This document shows, one piece after another, positions 51,295 to 63,207 of a stretch of DNA of 64,000 nt; the stretch's first letter is position 1; each line of letters begins with the position of its first letter. The position numbers and the translations under genes were made by a program. Source of the DNA: Vitrella brassicaformis CCMP3155 (Eukaryota; Protista; Chromerida); NCBI GenBank assembly GCA_001179505.1, contig CDMY01000313.1:62001-126000 (forward strand), in the 5' to 3' direction. The notes beneath the pieces are model-generated. The model was not told the origin of the DNA and did not search any database. It was given only the letters and a program-made list of their open reading frames with translations.

Positions 51295-54200
51295 CACACC
51301 CATGCATTCATAACAATGACGTAGATGTGGATCTATGGCACTCAGTCGAGTGGTGTGAGCCTCTCATCCCCCACCACCTACTCACTGCTCTTGTCACTCG
51401 GGCGAACTCAGAGATGGCGAGCCACCGCACAGCAGTCTTTGTCTCAAAAGGCGGCAGCCAAGCATTCGGTCGGCATGCTCTCTCGGCTGTCTGTCTGTCT
51501 ATCTGTCTGTCTGTACACTAAGTAGCTATTCACAATGGCAACTAACAATCTCCCCCATCCCCTCCTCAGTCCCTCCAGCCCTCCTCATCGTCGAGCCCCA
51601 TGTCCTCCTCGTCATCACTGTCGTCCCACGGCCATATCACCATCTCGACGGTCAACTCGTGCTCATTCGGCCCGGCTGCCAGGTCCTCGATCGACGAGTC
51701 CTCACCATCGTAGCGCCGGTAGAGCATGGGCAGACGCAGCTCCATGCCATACTCGGCCATGTCCTCGCGCACACGGCCCTCGCGGAACAGCAAGTCGAGC
51801 TCGCTCTCGACTTGGTCAGCGTTGCCAGGGGCGGTGAAGATGTCTGCACGCTCGCTGAGCTTGAAGGTGGCGTGCTTCGGCCGCAGCTCGTGGACGAGGC
51901 GGAAGAGGTCCCCTAGCCGCATGGGGACGCTCTCGGCTCTCGCGTTGTAGATGTCCTCGGCGCTGCCCACCATGTTGATTGGGATTGCTTTGATCTCGAT
52001 GTTGAGCTCTTGCACTCTGGGGTACTGTCGGGTGGTCTGGGGTGAGGGAAAGGCGACCGGGGCGGCCGCCTTGGTGCGGGGCCGGTCGAAAAACAGCGGC
52101 TCGTTGTGCACTATCTCCAACTTCTGCGACCCAAGTGAGAAGGGTTGATTCATGAGGGAGGGATGTGGCCGTGTAATGTGTGTGTACATCTGTACCTTGA
52201 GTGGCTTTGCGATGCCTTGCTGGATGTATGCCAGCGCTTCAGAGGCCATGATGGCGTGGACCGGCCAGTAGTCGAGCTCCACCTGAATGAGTGCGGGGAG
52301 GGATGAGAGGAGGCGGGAGAGTCGGTTGGGCGTGGCGAGCGGGATCAGGTACTCGGGGTCGCACGTCGGGATGCCATATGAGCCACTGTTGACTTCCGTT
52401 AGGCAGAGCGTCGTCACGTTGCTGAATTGACACATACACGCGCAGAAATTGAGCCAGTCGCCTTTATCGCCCTTGTTGTCGCCTCACCTGAGTGACTTGA
52501 GCGTGGTCTCCTCGGTCAGCCACAGAGGAATGCAATTGAATGACTCGGCATCGACATCGGGGCCGGCGGTGCGGAGTGTGATCTCAAGTGTGGATGCGTT
52601 GTCGAATTGGATGCCGCTGAAGTGGGGGCTGGTGGGATCGCCGGACCGGCTATCCAACCACACGCAGTCCCCCCCTCCCGCGTGCCGTTTGATAGTCTCC
52701 ACGATCTCGAGGGTCTCGGCGGCCGGCGGGCCCTCGGTGGTCTCACCACGGCATTGTATGCATGTCGTCCCTCCCTCTCTCACCACCTCCCAACCCATTT
52801 TCTCTGCCTCACGAATCGTCTGCACCGAGTCTCCACAGGACCACAGGGGCAGATCGGGAACGTCACCGACCAGGTCATGGACAATCCGAAGGGGGCAGTT
52901 GACCTTGAGCTGGCGCTTGGCGGCTCCCGATGGGGAGGAAGAGGGGGAGGGCGAGGGCCAGGGGGAGGGGGAGGGGGCCGCACTTGCGCTGCTGCTGGAC
53001 GAGGCGGCCGCACCACCGCCGCTGTGTGGCGTCAGCTGCCGCAGCAGACTCACCACCCTGGTTCTCTCCGTGTTGTTGCGGTGGCCCTGCAGCTTGAGGT
53101 GGCCGACATAGCGCAGCTTCTTGAGCAATGGGAGGGCAGCAGCAGTGAGGGGCACGACGCAGCTCTCGTTTCTGCCGTAGACATCGCAGCACAGCAGTGG
53201 GAAGATGTCCAGGTGGCTGAGCGCGGGGGACGAGCCGAAGATGAACGCCAGACTGCGATCGAGCACGGCGCGGATGGATGCCCGCTTGGCCACAGCGGAT
53301 GGGGGGTCGGGAAAGTAGATGGATGGCTCGCGCCTGAGGTTGGATGTCTCTTTGTCGGAGAGCACCTTGGCGGTGAGGCGCTCGAGTGCCGGGCAGACGA
53401 GCTTCTGCTGCTGGAAGAGATGGAGTCCGTCGAGGCTGTCCACCTCAACCGACCGGACCGACGGAAACACCGCATCGGGCCCCTTGACCTGCGCCACCGG
53501 CAGGCCGCTCGCCGTGTCCTCAGACCCTTCGCCCCCATCCGCATCACGATCCTCATTGTCATCTTCGTCCGGCTGCTGCTTGGCTTGTGTCGTCTGGATT
53601 GCCTTGAGCGTGTCGGTGTGGTTGACCAGCTGCAGCGAGACGAAAGCAAAGAGCCGCGCCCGGCCGATCTCCTCGACCTCCTCGTCTCTGGGCAGCAGGA
53701 CAATGGCGTGCTGCTGCTGCTCGAACGTCACCAGGCTGCCGCCGGGTCCCCTGCAGCTGAGGCCGTGGTTGGGGCGGTGCCAGTTGATGACGCGGATCAG
53801 CGAGTAGATGGCCCAGTAGAAGGCCCGGCAGACGCAGCTCATCGCCAGGCGCTCCTTGACGGACTGATACGATGACACGTTGAGCCAGAGGTCAAGCCCA
53901 TCCAGAAGGCTCGTGAGGCTCTTCGACGCGGTGCGGTTGGATGAGTCATCGCTCTGAGCTGGAGGGGCTGTGCGAGAGGCTTTGGCTGGCGGGCCGTCCA
54001 TCGCCCAGCAGACACACACCAGAGATCAGCTACGCTACGCTACGCCGCTACAGCTTCCTGCAGGTCCACACACACAGACGCACACACAGGAAGATGCCAT
54101 AGCGTCTGTCGTGCTGTTTCCCCCCAGCCCGCTTACAGTTCGTGCGATGAATGCATTGCTGCAAGACCCTCTCGTCCATCATTTCTTGGCCATCTATGCC

Positions 54201-54322
54201 CTCTGGTGGCGGTCGGTTTGTCGGAATTTGAGGGTGCGCTACCACAGGAACACCTTACCAAACAGTGTCGTGCTCCTTTCCCTTCCCCGTTCAGCTGTGC
54301 GAGCTTGAAGCCAGCAGATCTC
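51295..54322. repeat. Segmental duplication copy 2 (partner 25395-28412)
   Basis: Same boundaries and orientation as copy 1, offset about 25.9 kb. Confidence 0.92.
51566..54001 (-). CDS. F-box-like protein (copy B)
   Basis: MDGPPAKASR...SLTSLLDGLDLWLNVSSYQSVKERLAMSCVCRAFYWAI; same exon layout and acidic C-terminus (WDDSDDEEDMGLDDEEGWRD) as copy A. Confidence 0.6.
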
Positions 54323-54429
54323 TTGTGTGCCCTCTCACGCCGGGCGGTCTTAAGGATGCCACGCATGGGTTGCTCGGACTTGAGGGTGCGCTACGACAGG
54401 TCTCTCGGCATGCAAGCTTGAAGCCAAAC

Positions 54430-54911
54430 CAGTGACTCAGAGAAGGAACGCGGAAGCGCGTGAGGACAGGCGCAAGGGGTGGTCGCTGCTCGTGGCGATA
54501 TCAGAATGCGTCAAGTAAGAAAGATCACTCATCCATCTCGCCAGACGACTCGACGTACAAACCGACCCGCTCTCTTTCTGCAGATCCAAAGACGTCGACA
54601 AGCTTGAGCAGCTGCTGAATGACAACAAAGAGGTACCCAACCCGACAGACGTGCCAAAAACACGAAAAGAGGTCGGTGGATGGCTGTTGTGTGCCGCAGC
54701 TCATCGAGCGGCCGGAGGCCTCTCTGCGCACCGACGACGGGGACGACGAAGGGTCAGCGACCATGCGGCTCTCGGCTGTACACTCTTTGCTGTGTGTTGT
54801 GTGTTTCCGCCTTTGTGCAGCCGCCTGGAGGAAACGAACACGGATGACACAAGTGAAGACCCAGCACCTTCGGAGGAGGAGCCACCACCACCACCACCAC
54901 CAGCAGTGTAA
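54430..54911 (+). CDS. Possible small acidic multi-exon ORF (start not identified)
   Basis: Four GT-AG-joined segments read ...KGWSLLVAISECVK|SKDVDKLEQLLNDNKE|LIERPEASLRTDDGDDE|GRLEETNTDDTSEDPAPSEEEPPPPPPPAV*. No in-frame ATG was found and no family was recognised. Confidence 0.3.
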
Positions 54912-56692
54912 CCTGCCGTCGGCAGATCCACGAAACCATCCGAGAGCGGCAGCAATGACGAGCAGCAGCAGCAACAACAGCATCAGGACCAAGCAGCAGG
55001 ACTCAGCTCTTACTATCATCGCATAGAAGCGAAGTCGGCAAGATTACTGATGGATTCGTGTCGATGCTGTCCGCCCTGCCAGCCTGGAAGATGGTAAGCA
55101 CCACGGCAGCAGGCATAGACGCCTGCCACACACAAGCCTGACTCTCTCATGAAGTCACTCTGTCCATCGCCCTGTTTGTTTGTGCCTCAGAGGGTCTGCC
55201 TTCATTCGCTTCCCATGTGCCGCAGACCGACCAACGGCCAAGCAAGCGCCGACTCGGTTGTCCGCCTCCATAGGTGTGTGCGTATGCCTGTTGACCCAAC
55301 AAAGCTGACGGGATTCTCAAATTGCTGGGCTCTGTGTGTGTGTGGGTGGCTTGCTTTCAGAGTCGCAGAGGTGCGGGTTTTCTCGAGTCGGGCCCGAGAT
55401 GTTTGGAGGAAGTAAGAGGGAGATGGATGGATGTGTGTGGGTAAGGGACGTCATCAGACAGCGGCGTGTGTGGTGTGGACGCGATGATGACAACACTAGT
55501 ACAACCACCATTGTGTCGGCTGAGCCTCTCTGAGAGGGCGTGCTGTTCCATCTCATGCATCACCAACTGACCCACACAGACAGACAGACAGACAGACGTT
55601 CTGAGCACCGGGCACAGAACAGACGCACTGTCTTCTCTCTCTGTTTCTGTGTGTGTGTCTGTTTCTGTTTTTCAGGTCTGACGAGGTGTGTGAAGTGCCG
55701 GCAGCGTGCAAGACTTCCACACTCACTACGACGCCTCCCGCCACTCCCTCCTCGGCCATCCCCGTGAACGCCATCCTGCCGCCTCCAAAGGCCAGACGGC
55801 TCAACCTCGAGCAGCCGGGGTGTGTCCACACCAACACGGACCTCTTCAAGGGCTTCCAATGGCGTGCCATTCATCCCCAGCGACATAGTCTGGGGGGCCC
55901 TCAGCATCGCCATCGACTCGCGAGTGCTGGAACTTGCGCAGCTTGACTAAGGTGTCGTCGCAGAGCGGCGGTCGGGGTGCGTGTGAGGCGACACAGCGGG
56001 CGACATGTGAAAGGGCAAGGTCTGTCCGAGAGCGGCCACCAGGGCACTGTGGACAGGTGCCGAGAGATGCAGATGGCCGAGGGGAGGGGACAGCTTCGGT
56101 GTGTGGGTTGGGTTCAAGCTCCCCATTTGACCAGATGGGCTGGTAGGTAGATATGTTGTCGATATAGAGGGAGAGTGGCAGCTGGGTGTGTGAGGGGATG
56201 GACGTGATGGAAATGACTGGGCTGTCATCTGCACTAAANNNNNNNNNNNNNNNNNNNNNNNNNNNNNNNNNNNNNNNNNNNNNNNNNNNNNNNNNNNNNN
56301 NNNNNNNNNNNNNNNNNNNNNNNNNNNNNNNNNNNNNNNNNNNNNNNNNNNNNNNNNNNNNNNNNNNNNNNNNNNNNNNNNNNNNNNNNNNNNNNNNNNN
56401 NNNNNNNNNNNNNNNNNNNNNNNNNNNNNNNNNNNNNNNNNNNNNNNNNNNNNNNNNNNNNNNNNNNNNNNNNNNNNNNNNNNNNNNNNNNNNNNNNNNN
56501 NNNNNNNNNNNNNNNNNNNNNNNNNNNNNNNNNNNNNNCCCGCCACTATCGAAATTGCTTTCCAGGCCCCTGGAGAGCCTCTGTGACCTATAAGTGTCCA
56601 TTTGGTTCTATCAGCAGTGCGGACCAGCAACAAAACCCTTCTTCTCCGTTGTCTCACTCTCTATCCGCACCACGGCACTCGCGGGCGTCATC

Positions 56693-59600
56693 ATGGCGTC
56701 GTCTTCGGCCCTCTCAGGGGCAGGGCTGTCGCCCACGACGATGGCCCAGCAGGCGGAAACTGTGAACCATAGCAAGATGAAGGAACTCGAGGCCTTCATT
56801 GAACGGTGAGATCACATATGGCGTGCATTCAGCGGTGCACTGCAATGGTGTGACGTGTCGTGAGGCTCTGTTGGGCTGTTCTGACGCATGCATGGCCATC
56901 TGTGAGATCAGATAGATGCATTTCAATGGGCCCCAAAGCATTTGGCCGTGTGTCATCTCTGTGTGTGGTGCAGATGCAATAGTCAGCTTTGTGGAGATCT
57001 GATAGTGGTCCGTTCGACGATATTCGACGCTCTCGAGGTGGAAAACCTCGTCCAGAGCACCCTCAAGTCTCAGCTGGCTGCCCACACCAAGGCGAAGCAG
57101 GCCCCCAACGTGGTGCGCCTTGACCCGTTGAGCAGTGGCGACGGCACATACGATGGTGTGACGGTGCTGCGAGACATCTCGTTGGCCATGTGGCCCCGCA
57201 CCAAGGGCGGGAAGCCGGTCATTGAGCGGGAGGTGAATGACATGATTGTTAAGTGTCGGCGGCCTGACTCTCATGCTCCCGGCTGTCCCGTTCACGTTGG
57301 TGTGTTGATGGACAAGATGCTCGACAAACTCAAGTTCAAGAAGAGCATCTGGTGGGTGGGCCACTGGGCAAGGAGGCAGGGAGGGATGCTGTATGGTCTT
57401 GTGATGTGATGGCTTCAGGTTTGTGGTGATGCCGCATATGGACATGTCGCTGCTGCCGTTGCTGGCGAATCTGACCACCGACGAACGGTCTAAGATGGCC
57501 ATCATAGGTAGGTGGCCACCGAGCCTCAGCCGCACACACACACACACACACGCCACCACGCCGATCAGCAACCAGAGCCCATAGGTTCATCTCATCTGCC
57601 CTTCCCTTGATGTGCCTTTGCAGGTCTGCAGACTGTGTCGGACCATACCAGTGGAGCCACGACGCTCGGAAGCTCACACGGTACGCAAGATACTGCTGGC
57701 ACTTACCCGGCAAAGCACATTTGTATGTGTCTCTTTGTCTGTCTGCAGGCTCCCCCAAGTACCAGGTCCTCCGTTACGCTGACATCGCACTCCTCGCCGC
57801 CCCCACCAGTGTGCCGACCAACGCCGCTGACATCGCACTCCCCCCAGCCCCCACCCACGGCCCCCCGAATAAGAAGACCCGTACCAGGGCCACCAAAGCG
57901 TCATCCAGGACCTCGCGCCTAACGTCATGGCGCTCGACGACCATTTGGCGGCGGATGGTGAGGATGACGACGATGACGTGTACGAGCCGCGCGCCGCCAG
58001 ACAGGCCGGTGGCAAGTCGTTTAACGCACAGTCGCAGGGCCAGGGCAAGGCGCCCCGAGTGCGCAAGGAGAGGGGGGAGACGAAGGGCCACATGCCGTTT
58101 GTCGAGATGGGGCTGGGAGGCTATGAGCAGCAGATGGGGTTCGGTCAGAATGAGGGCATGGACGTGTGTGACATGGGGCCGGGGATGGTCAGCGGCCTCG
58201 TCGAGGGCACATTGCCGAAAGACACTGCGGCGAAGGCCACGAGGTCAGACAGACACACAGACACAAAGAGACACACACACGAGAATGGGCGAATGCCTTG
58301 GTCCTTGTTCAGTGTCTCGCCGTTTGAGTTGAAGAAGGATCACCTGCCCGCGGGCATTCCTGCGCACGCTGCGGGCATCTCTGCGCACGGCCACAGCAAC
58401 AGGGATACCCCGCACAATGGGACCGGCGCCAAGTAGGCACCGAAGGGAAGACTCACCCACCCGCATCGCCGGCTATCGATGGATACATGTGTGTTGATTC
58501 AGGGCTCGTTTGGCGGACCAACTGCGTAAGATGAAGGTCAAGGTGTCAGCCCCCACACCTCCGCTCGACAGGTATGTGTGTGCACCTGCAGCCAGCAGAC
58601 ACACGAGACACCCCCAGCCCATCCTCTCTCCCTCTCTCCCTCCGTCCCTGTTTGTCTGGCTGTCTCTTTGTTTGTCAGTATCCCTCCCATCAGTCGTCGG
58701 CCGGGCGCACTGTCGTCGGCCGAGGCTCATGGCATCGATCCCTCGCCGCTGCTGCCGTCCAAGACGCCGTCCTTCCCGGCGGACGACAGCCAAGAGGACA
58801 CCAGCACGCGGCCAAAGGAGGACAAGAAACGCCTGCCAGAGCAGCACAAGAAGGACAATCGCACCGCTCAGGGGTACGCTGACAGACAGTCAGTCATGGA
58901 AGCAGAGGACGGAAGGCACACCGACGCACGACCATGCATGTGTCTCCTTCGTGTCTGTCTGTCTGTCAGGTCTGTGAGGAAGTCGCTGGCGGCGGAGCTG
59001 CTCCGCTCGCGTAAGGTGCTGTCGACGCACCCCATCCACACAGCCATCGCCACCGCATCGCCCCCCGCCAAGATGACCATCGAACACAGGTGGGCAAAGG
59101 GATCAAAGGGGCAACACCATCCATCCATCAGACGTCAACTTGCTCTCTATGTCTCCCCACCTCAATACAGCCCGGAGCCCTCACCCCTCCTGCCGTCGCC
59201 CCCCGTCTCCCAGCACGACCGCTACCGGCTGTCGTCGCCCCCCAACCCACCGCAGGAGCCGGACCCCTTCGCCAGCGGCCCCAATACTCACGGCATGGTG
59301 CTCCGACAGAACCGCAAGAAGCGCACCAGCAGCCCCCTCCCGTCACCCAGCCCCACAGACAGCGACCACCAGCCCCTCACAAAAGCCAAGCGAGCCGCCG
59401 TCCGCCGCCCGAAGTCTCACGAGAAGGACGAGACGCTGCCCGTCTTCGGTGGCCTGGGGGAGGAGGTCCTGTAGGGGCCGTTGAACAAGGGCCGGGAGGG
59501 CGAGATCGTCAAAACAACAGAGGCAGCGGGCGGCCATGACGCCTTCCCTAAGAGGCAGAGGGCGCCGCGCGGCAATGGGAAGAGCCGCCAGACGCTCAAG

Positions 59601-59852
59601 TGGAACGACCCCCGAGTGCTGGGCCGCCTGCAGAAGAAGATTGAGGCCATCAGCCGTGCGTCGGATTTCCAGTGCCGGCTGGACCTGGCGCGGTGCCGCC
59701 TGGCCGCAGAGGAGGACCCCTCGGAGGGCGGCGGCGATGGTTATGAGCCGATGGACATCGACGAGGGTGCGGGTGCCGCTGGCGGTGCTGACGATGACCG
59801 GGAGAGCCTGGCGGAGCGGCTGGGCAGGGGGGCGCACATCATCATGAACTAA
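56693..59852 (+). CDS. Hypothetical multi-exon protein: globular alpha/beta N-terminus (possibly a degenerate AAA+/ORC-like fold) and long disordered C-terminus; contains an in-frame TAG at 59472-59474
   Basis: Consistent GT-AG exon chain with GC3-rich codons (MASSS...AFIER|CNSQLCGDLIVVRS...KFKKSIW|FVVMPHMDMSLLPLLANL...). The fold assignment is only a pattern impression. Confidence 0.5.
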
Positions 59853-60990
59853 GAGTGAGAGACAGAGACATCGATGGCTGCAGAGGGGATGCATGTGTGT
59901 ATGTGTGTATGTGTTGGTGGGTCCAATGTATAAAAGCCGGATGGTCTGCATAAATGGCTTTTGCTTTGGAGCGGACGCGACTCGGGTGGCAGGCGAACGG
60001 AGAGAGACTCTCTGTGTTGTGTGAAGCCGCATTGGTCGGCAGAGTGCCCCTCGGGAATTGATTGCGGCACGAAAACGGCGCGCAGACAATTAAAGCGCAC
60101 AGACATGACACACGCGCACACACAGACACACAGACACACAGACATACACGGTCCCTCTCGTATGACATGTCTCTCTCCCTCTCCCATGGCAATGAAGCCA
60201 AACAGCCAGACAGACAGCCACGTTTGCTGGTTTGCAAGGAAATCTTCTGCCTCTCTCTCAGCTTTGCTATTGCGCCGTGCGCAGCCTCTGAGGCCCAAAG
60301 AATGAACGGACACGGAGGAAGTCAAAGACTTCGTTAACAAGCACAGCTAGTGCCGGACGGAGAGAGAGACGTACATATCCAGCGATTCACTCACTGCCCT
60401 CACTGCCAATGCGCCATCATGTCGGACCAGCAGCAGATTGATTGATTGATTGACTGCTGCCGCACCGTCCCGTTGATGTGCAGAGTGACTGATCATGAGA
60501 CCCACACCAACATGCCCATCGATTGAGCATCCATCCATCCATCCATCTATTCATCCATGAATGTCTTTTTGGACGGACCGATCGGTCTGTCTGTCTGTCT
60601 GTCAGTCGCGATACAATACATGTCACCACATGGACACACACAAGCACGGCGGATCATCGGATGGATGGATGGGTGGATGGAGCCACGCACGGCAGGTGAG
60701 GCGAAGTAAGACACTCTTTCACAGACACACACGGCGAAAACCACTGGTCACTTGTTGTCTGTCGCGCATACACACAGTCAGTCAGACAGCCGGCCATGGG
60801 CCCGCTTTCTGACCCTTGCCGCCTTGCCTCATTCACGCCACCCAAACCAGCAGAGAGTACTTATAGAGGCCTCGGGAGGGTCAGAGAGCCAAAAACGACT
60901 AATGACACGATTGACTCACACGCACGACACACACACACACACTCAACCAGGAGGACGGCCACGCATCCACGCAGGCTATCGCCCATCTCG

Positions 60991-62985
60991 TTATTTATCT
61001 CGCCGCCGCCACAACCAGCTCATGAAGCCCTTGGGCTTCCTCGACCCGACCCCGACAGCAGCGTGCGGTGCTGCCGCTTTAAACCAACCACCCCTGGCGG
61101 TCTCGATGTGCCATATCTCCATCTCCTTCGCGGTGAAATACGGTTCGCCCGCCAGTGTGCCTTCGTTGCTGGAGTTCAATTGGCCGAGGTAGCCGTTGTC
61201 GGGCAAGTCCTCCTCCTTGACAAACTGATTCATGCTGCGCACGTCATCCGAGGGGCCGGGGGTGGCCCACCCAAACCACAGGTACCCCCAGCCCAAAGAC
61301 AACTGCACACAGTCACAGTCCTGTCATTGTGCTCGTGCTGCTTTGTTCTTCCCACCTTGCCACGTGAGTCCTGATCGTTAGCTATCTGAAACGCGTCGCG
61401 GCCGGCAACATGCACCGTCTGTTTGGCCGTGGGGATGGGCACCTTGGTCGGCACCGCGTACGCACCGCTGATCGAGATGAGGAACTGGGGCGCGAAATAG
61501 CTGCTGCTGGTCTGTGTGGGGTCTGTGGGGTCGGTGGGCGGCTTGAGTCGGCCGTCGACAAATGCGCCAAATCGGTGTGTGTCGTTGTGGTTGATGAGGA
61601 AGAGCAGACCACTCGCATCGCCCACCTTGTCCAGCAGCGTGCCGAAGTCACCACCATCACGACTAGACCTGACAGACAGCCGGGAGCCGCTCCCGTTCAA
61701 CATTTAGGGTTTAGAACATTCGTGAGTGCCCAGCCCACTTGAAGAGCAGCGATGGTCTGCATGTGGGCCTGTCCATTAGGTCGAGGACGGCCACCCACTC
61801 CTCTGGCGACGTAATGACCCACTCTTGGCCGGAAGGTAGGTCCAGGATTGGCGAGTAAGTGAGACCATACATCGCCAAATCTTCCCGAAACAGCTCACGC
61901 TCGCTCTCGTCCATCAGCGGGGGCCGGATGAGCTGTCCCTTTAGCATGGCGATGCGACGAGCGAACTCGACTGTGTTGACGAAGTGCTTGGTGGGGGTCT
62001 GACGCACACGGCGATCGCCCCAGCAGGGCAGAGTACTGCACAACCATACATAGACACCCCAGAGCACCCAACGTGACCTGCTGTGCTGCCCCGTCTGCCC
62101 TTTGTGTGTCCACCCACTTTGAGAATCGCGTGAGCAGGGGATGGTCAGCTCCCAGTCGCAGCAGCGTGCGCCTCTGGATGACGACCTGCCGGCCGAGGAC
62201 GTTCAGGCTCAGCACCGCCAGGTCGTCTCCGGTGTCGTCTTGGCCCTTCATGAAGGGCTCCATGGCCGAGAGGAATCGGACCACCTCCTCCCTGCGCCGC
62301 GTGAGCCTCTTCATGACCTTTTCCAGGTCGCTCAGCGACGTCTGGATGACGTTCCCCAGGGCCTTCTCGTCACATGCGGCATCAACCGCCCGGGCCATGG
62401 CGGCACCGCGGCTGCTGTGTGTCGGAGGTGCGAAGGATGGCAGCTCGCGCATGAAGAGGGAGTGGTACTCGCTGTAAGCCGGGTCGGCCGCCTTGGAGGG
62501 CGGCAGGTCGACGGTGTTGGTGCGGCCGGTCTCGTAGAGTGTCAGCTCGTCCAGCAAAGCCTCAAAGTATGCCGGTGAGGTCTCCAGATAGACATGGCCG
62601 TCGGCATCTCGCGGGAGGCCGTCAGCGAAGAGCATCAGCAGGACAGAGATGTACCGACGCTTCATGCAGGGGAGAAGCAGCGCACGGCGGGAAACGGGAA
62701 ACACCACGCCACCTGATCGTCCGACACACACACGACGGACCAACACAGACAGTCAGATGACCGGCATGCCCGGTGTCCTTTCCTTCCCTGCTCACCTGCA
62801 TTGACGAGCATCTCGCCAGTGGTCTCGGCGGGGTGCGACACGCCGCCTCGCGAAGCAACGAGCCGCGAGATCTCATCCGTCAGCACCCTTTTGGCCCTCG
62901 TGAGCTGCTCGATTGACGCATCGAAGTCGCCATCGATGGTGTCGCATCCGCCAATCAACTCGAGCATCACGACGCTCACAGGCAT
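60991..62985 (-). CDS. BTB-BTB-TLDc protein, cassette copy C
   Basis: EMLVNAG|GVVFPVSRRALL...YISVLLMLFADGLPRDADGHVYLETSPAYFEALL; VLSLNVLGRQVVIQRRTLLRLGADHPLLTRFS; LLFK|SSRDGGDF...LFLINHNDTHRFGAF...GK|LSLGWGYLWFG...KEMEIWH. Confidence 0.8.
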
Positions 62986-63207
62986 GAGTCAATGGCTGAG
63001 TGAACGAAAGATCTTGATCTGCCTCCTCTGCTGCCCCGGGTGTGTGTCGAGAGAGAGTGGTTTCACGGTTACCCTGAGCCGCGAGAGCTCCCAAACGCTC
63101 CCCAACGCTCAAAGAACCAGCCCTCTCCCATTGCCATATGCCGCAGGAGAGTCAGATCACTTCGTTGGCTGCCGCAGCCGGGGAGACTCACGAGGACCCA
63201 GTCTGCA

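Noticed and set aside
52607-53875. 422-aa plus-strand ORF (and 27307-27939) as overlapping antisense genes
   Set aside because: They are shadow ORFs opposite the GC3-rich F-box exon, which is expected at this GC content.
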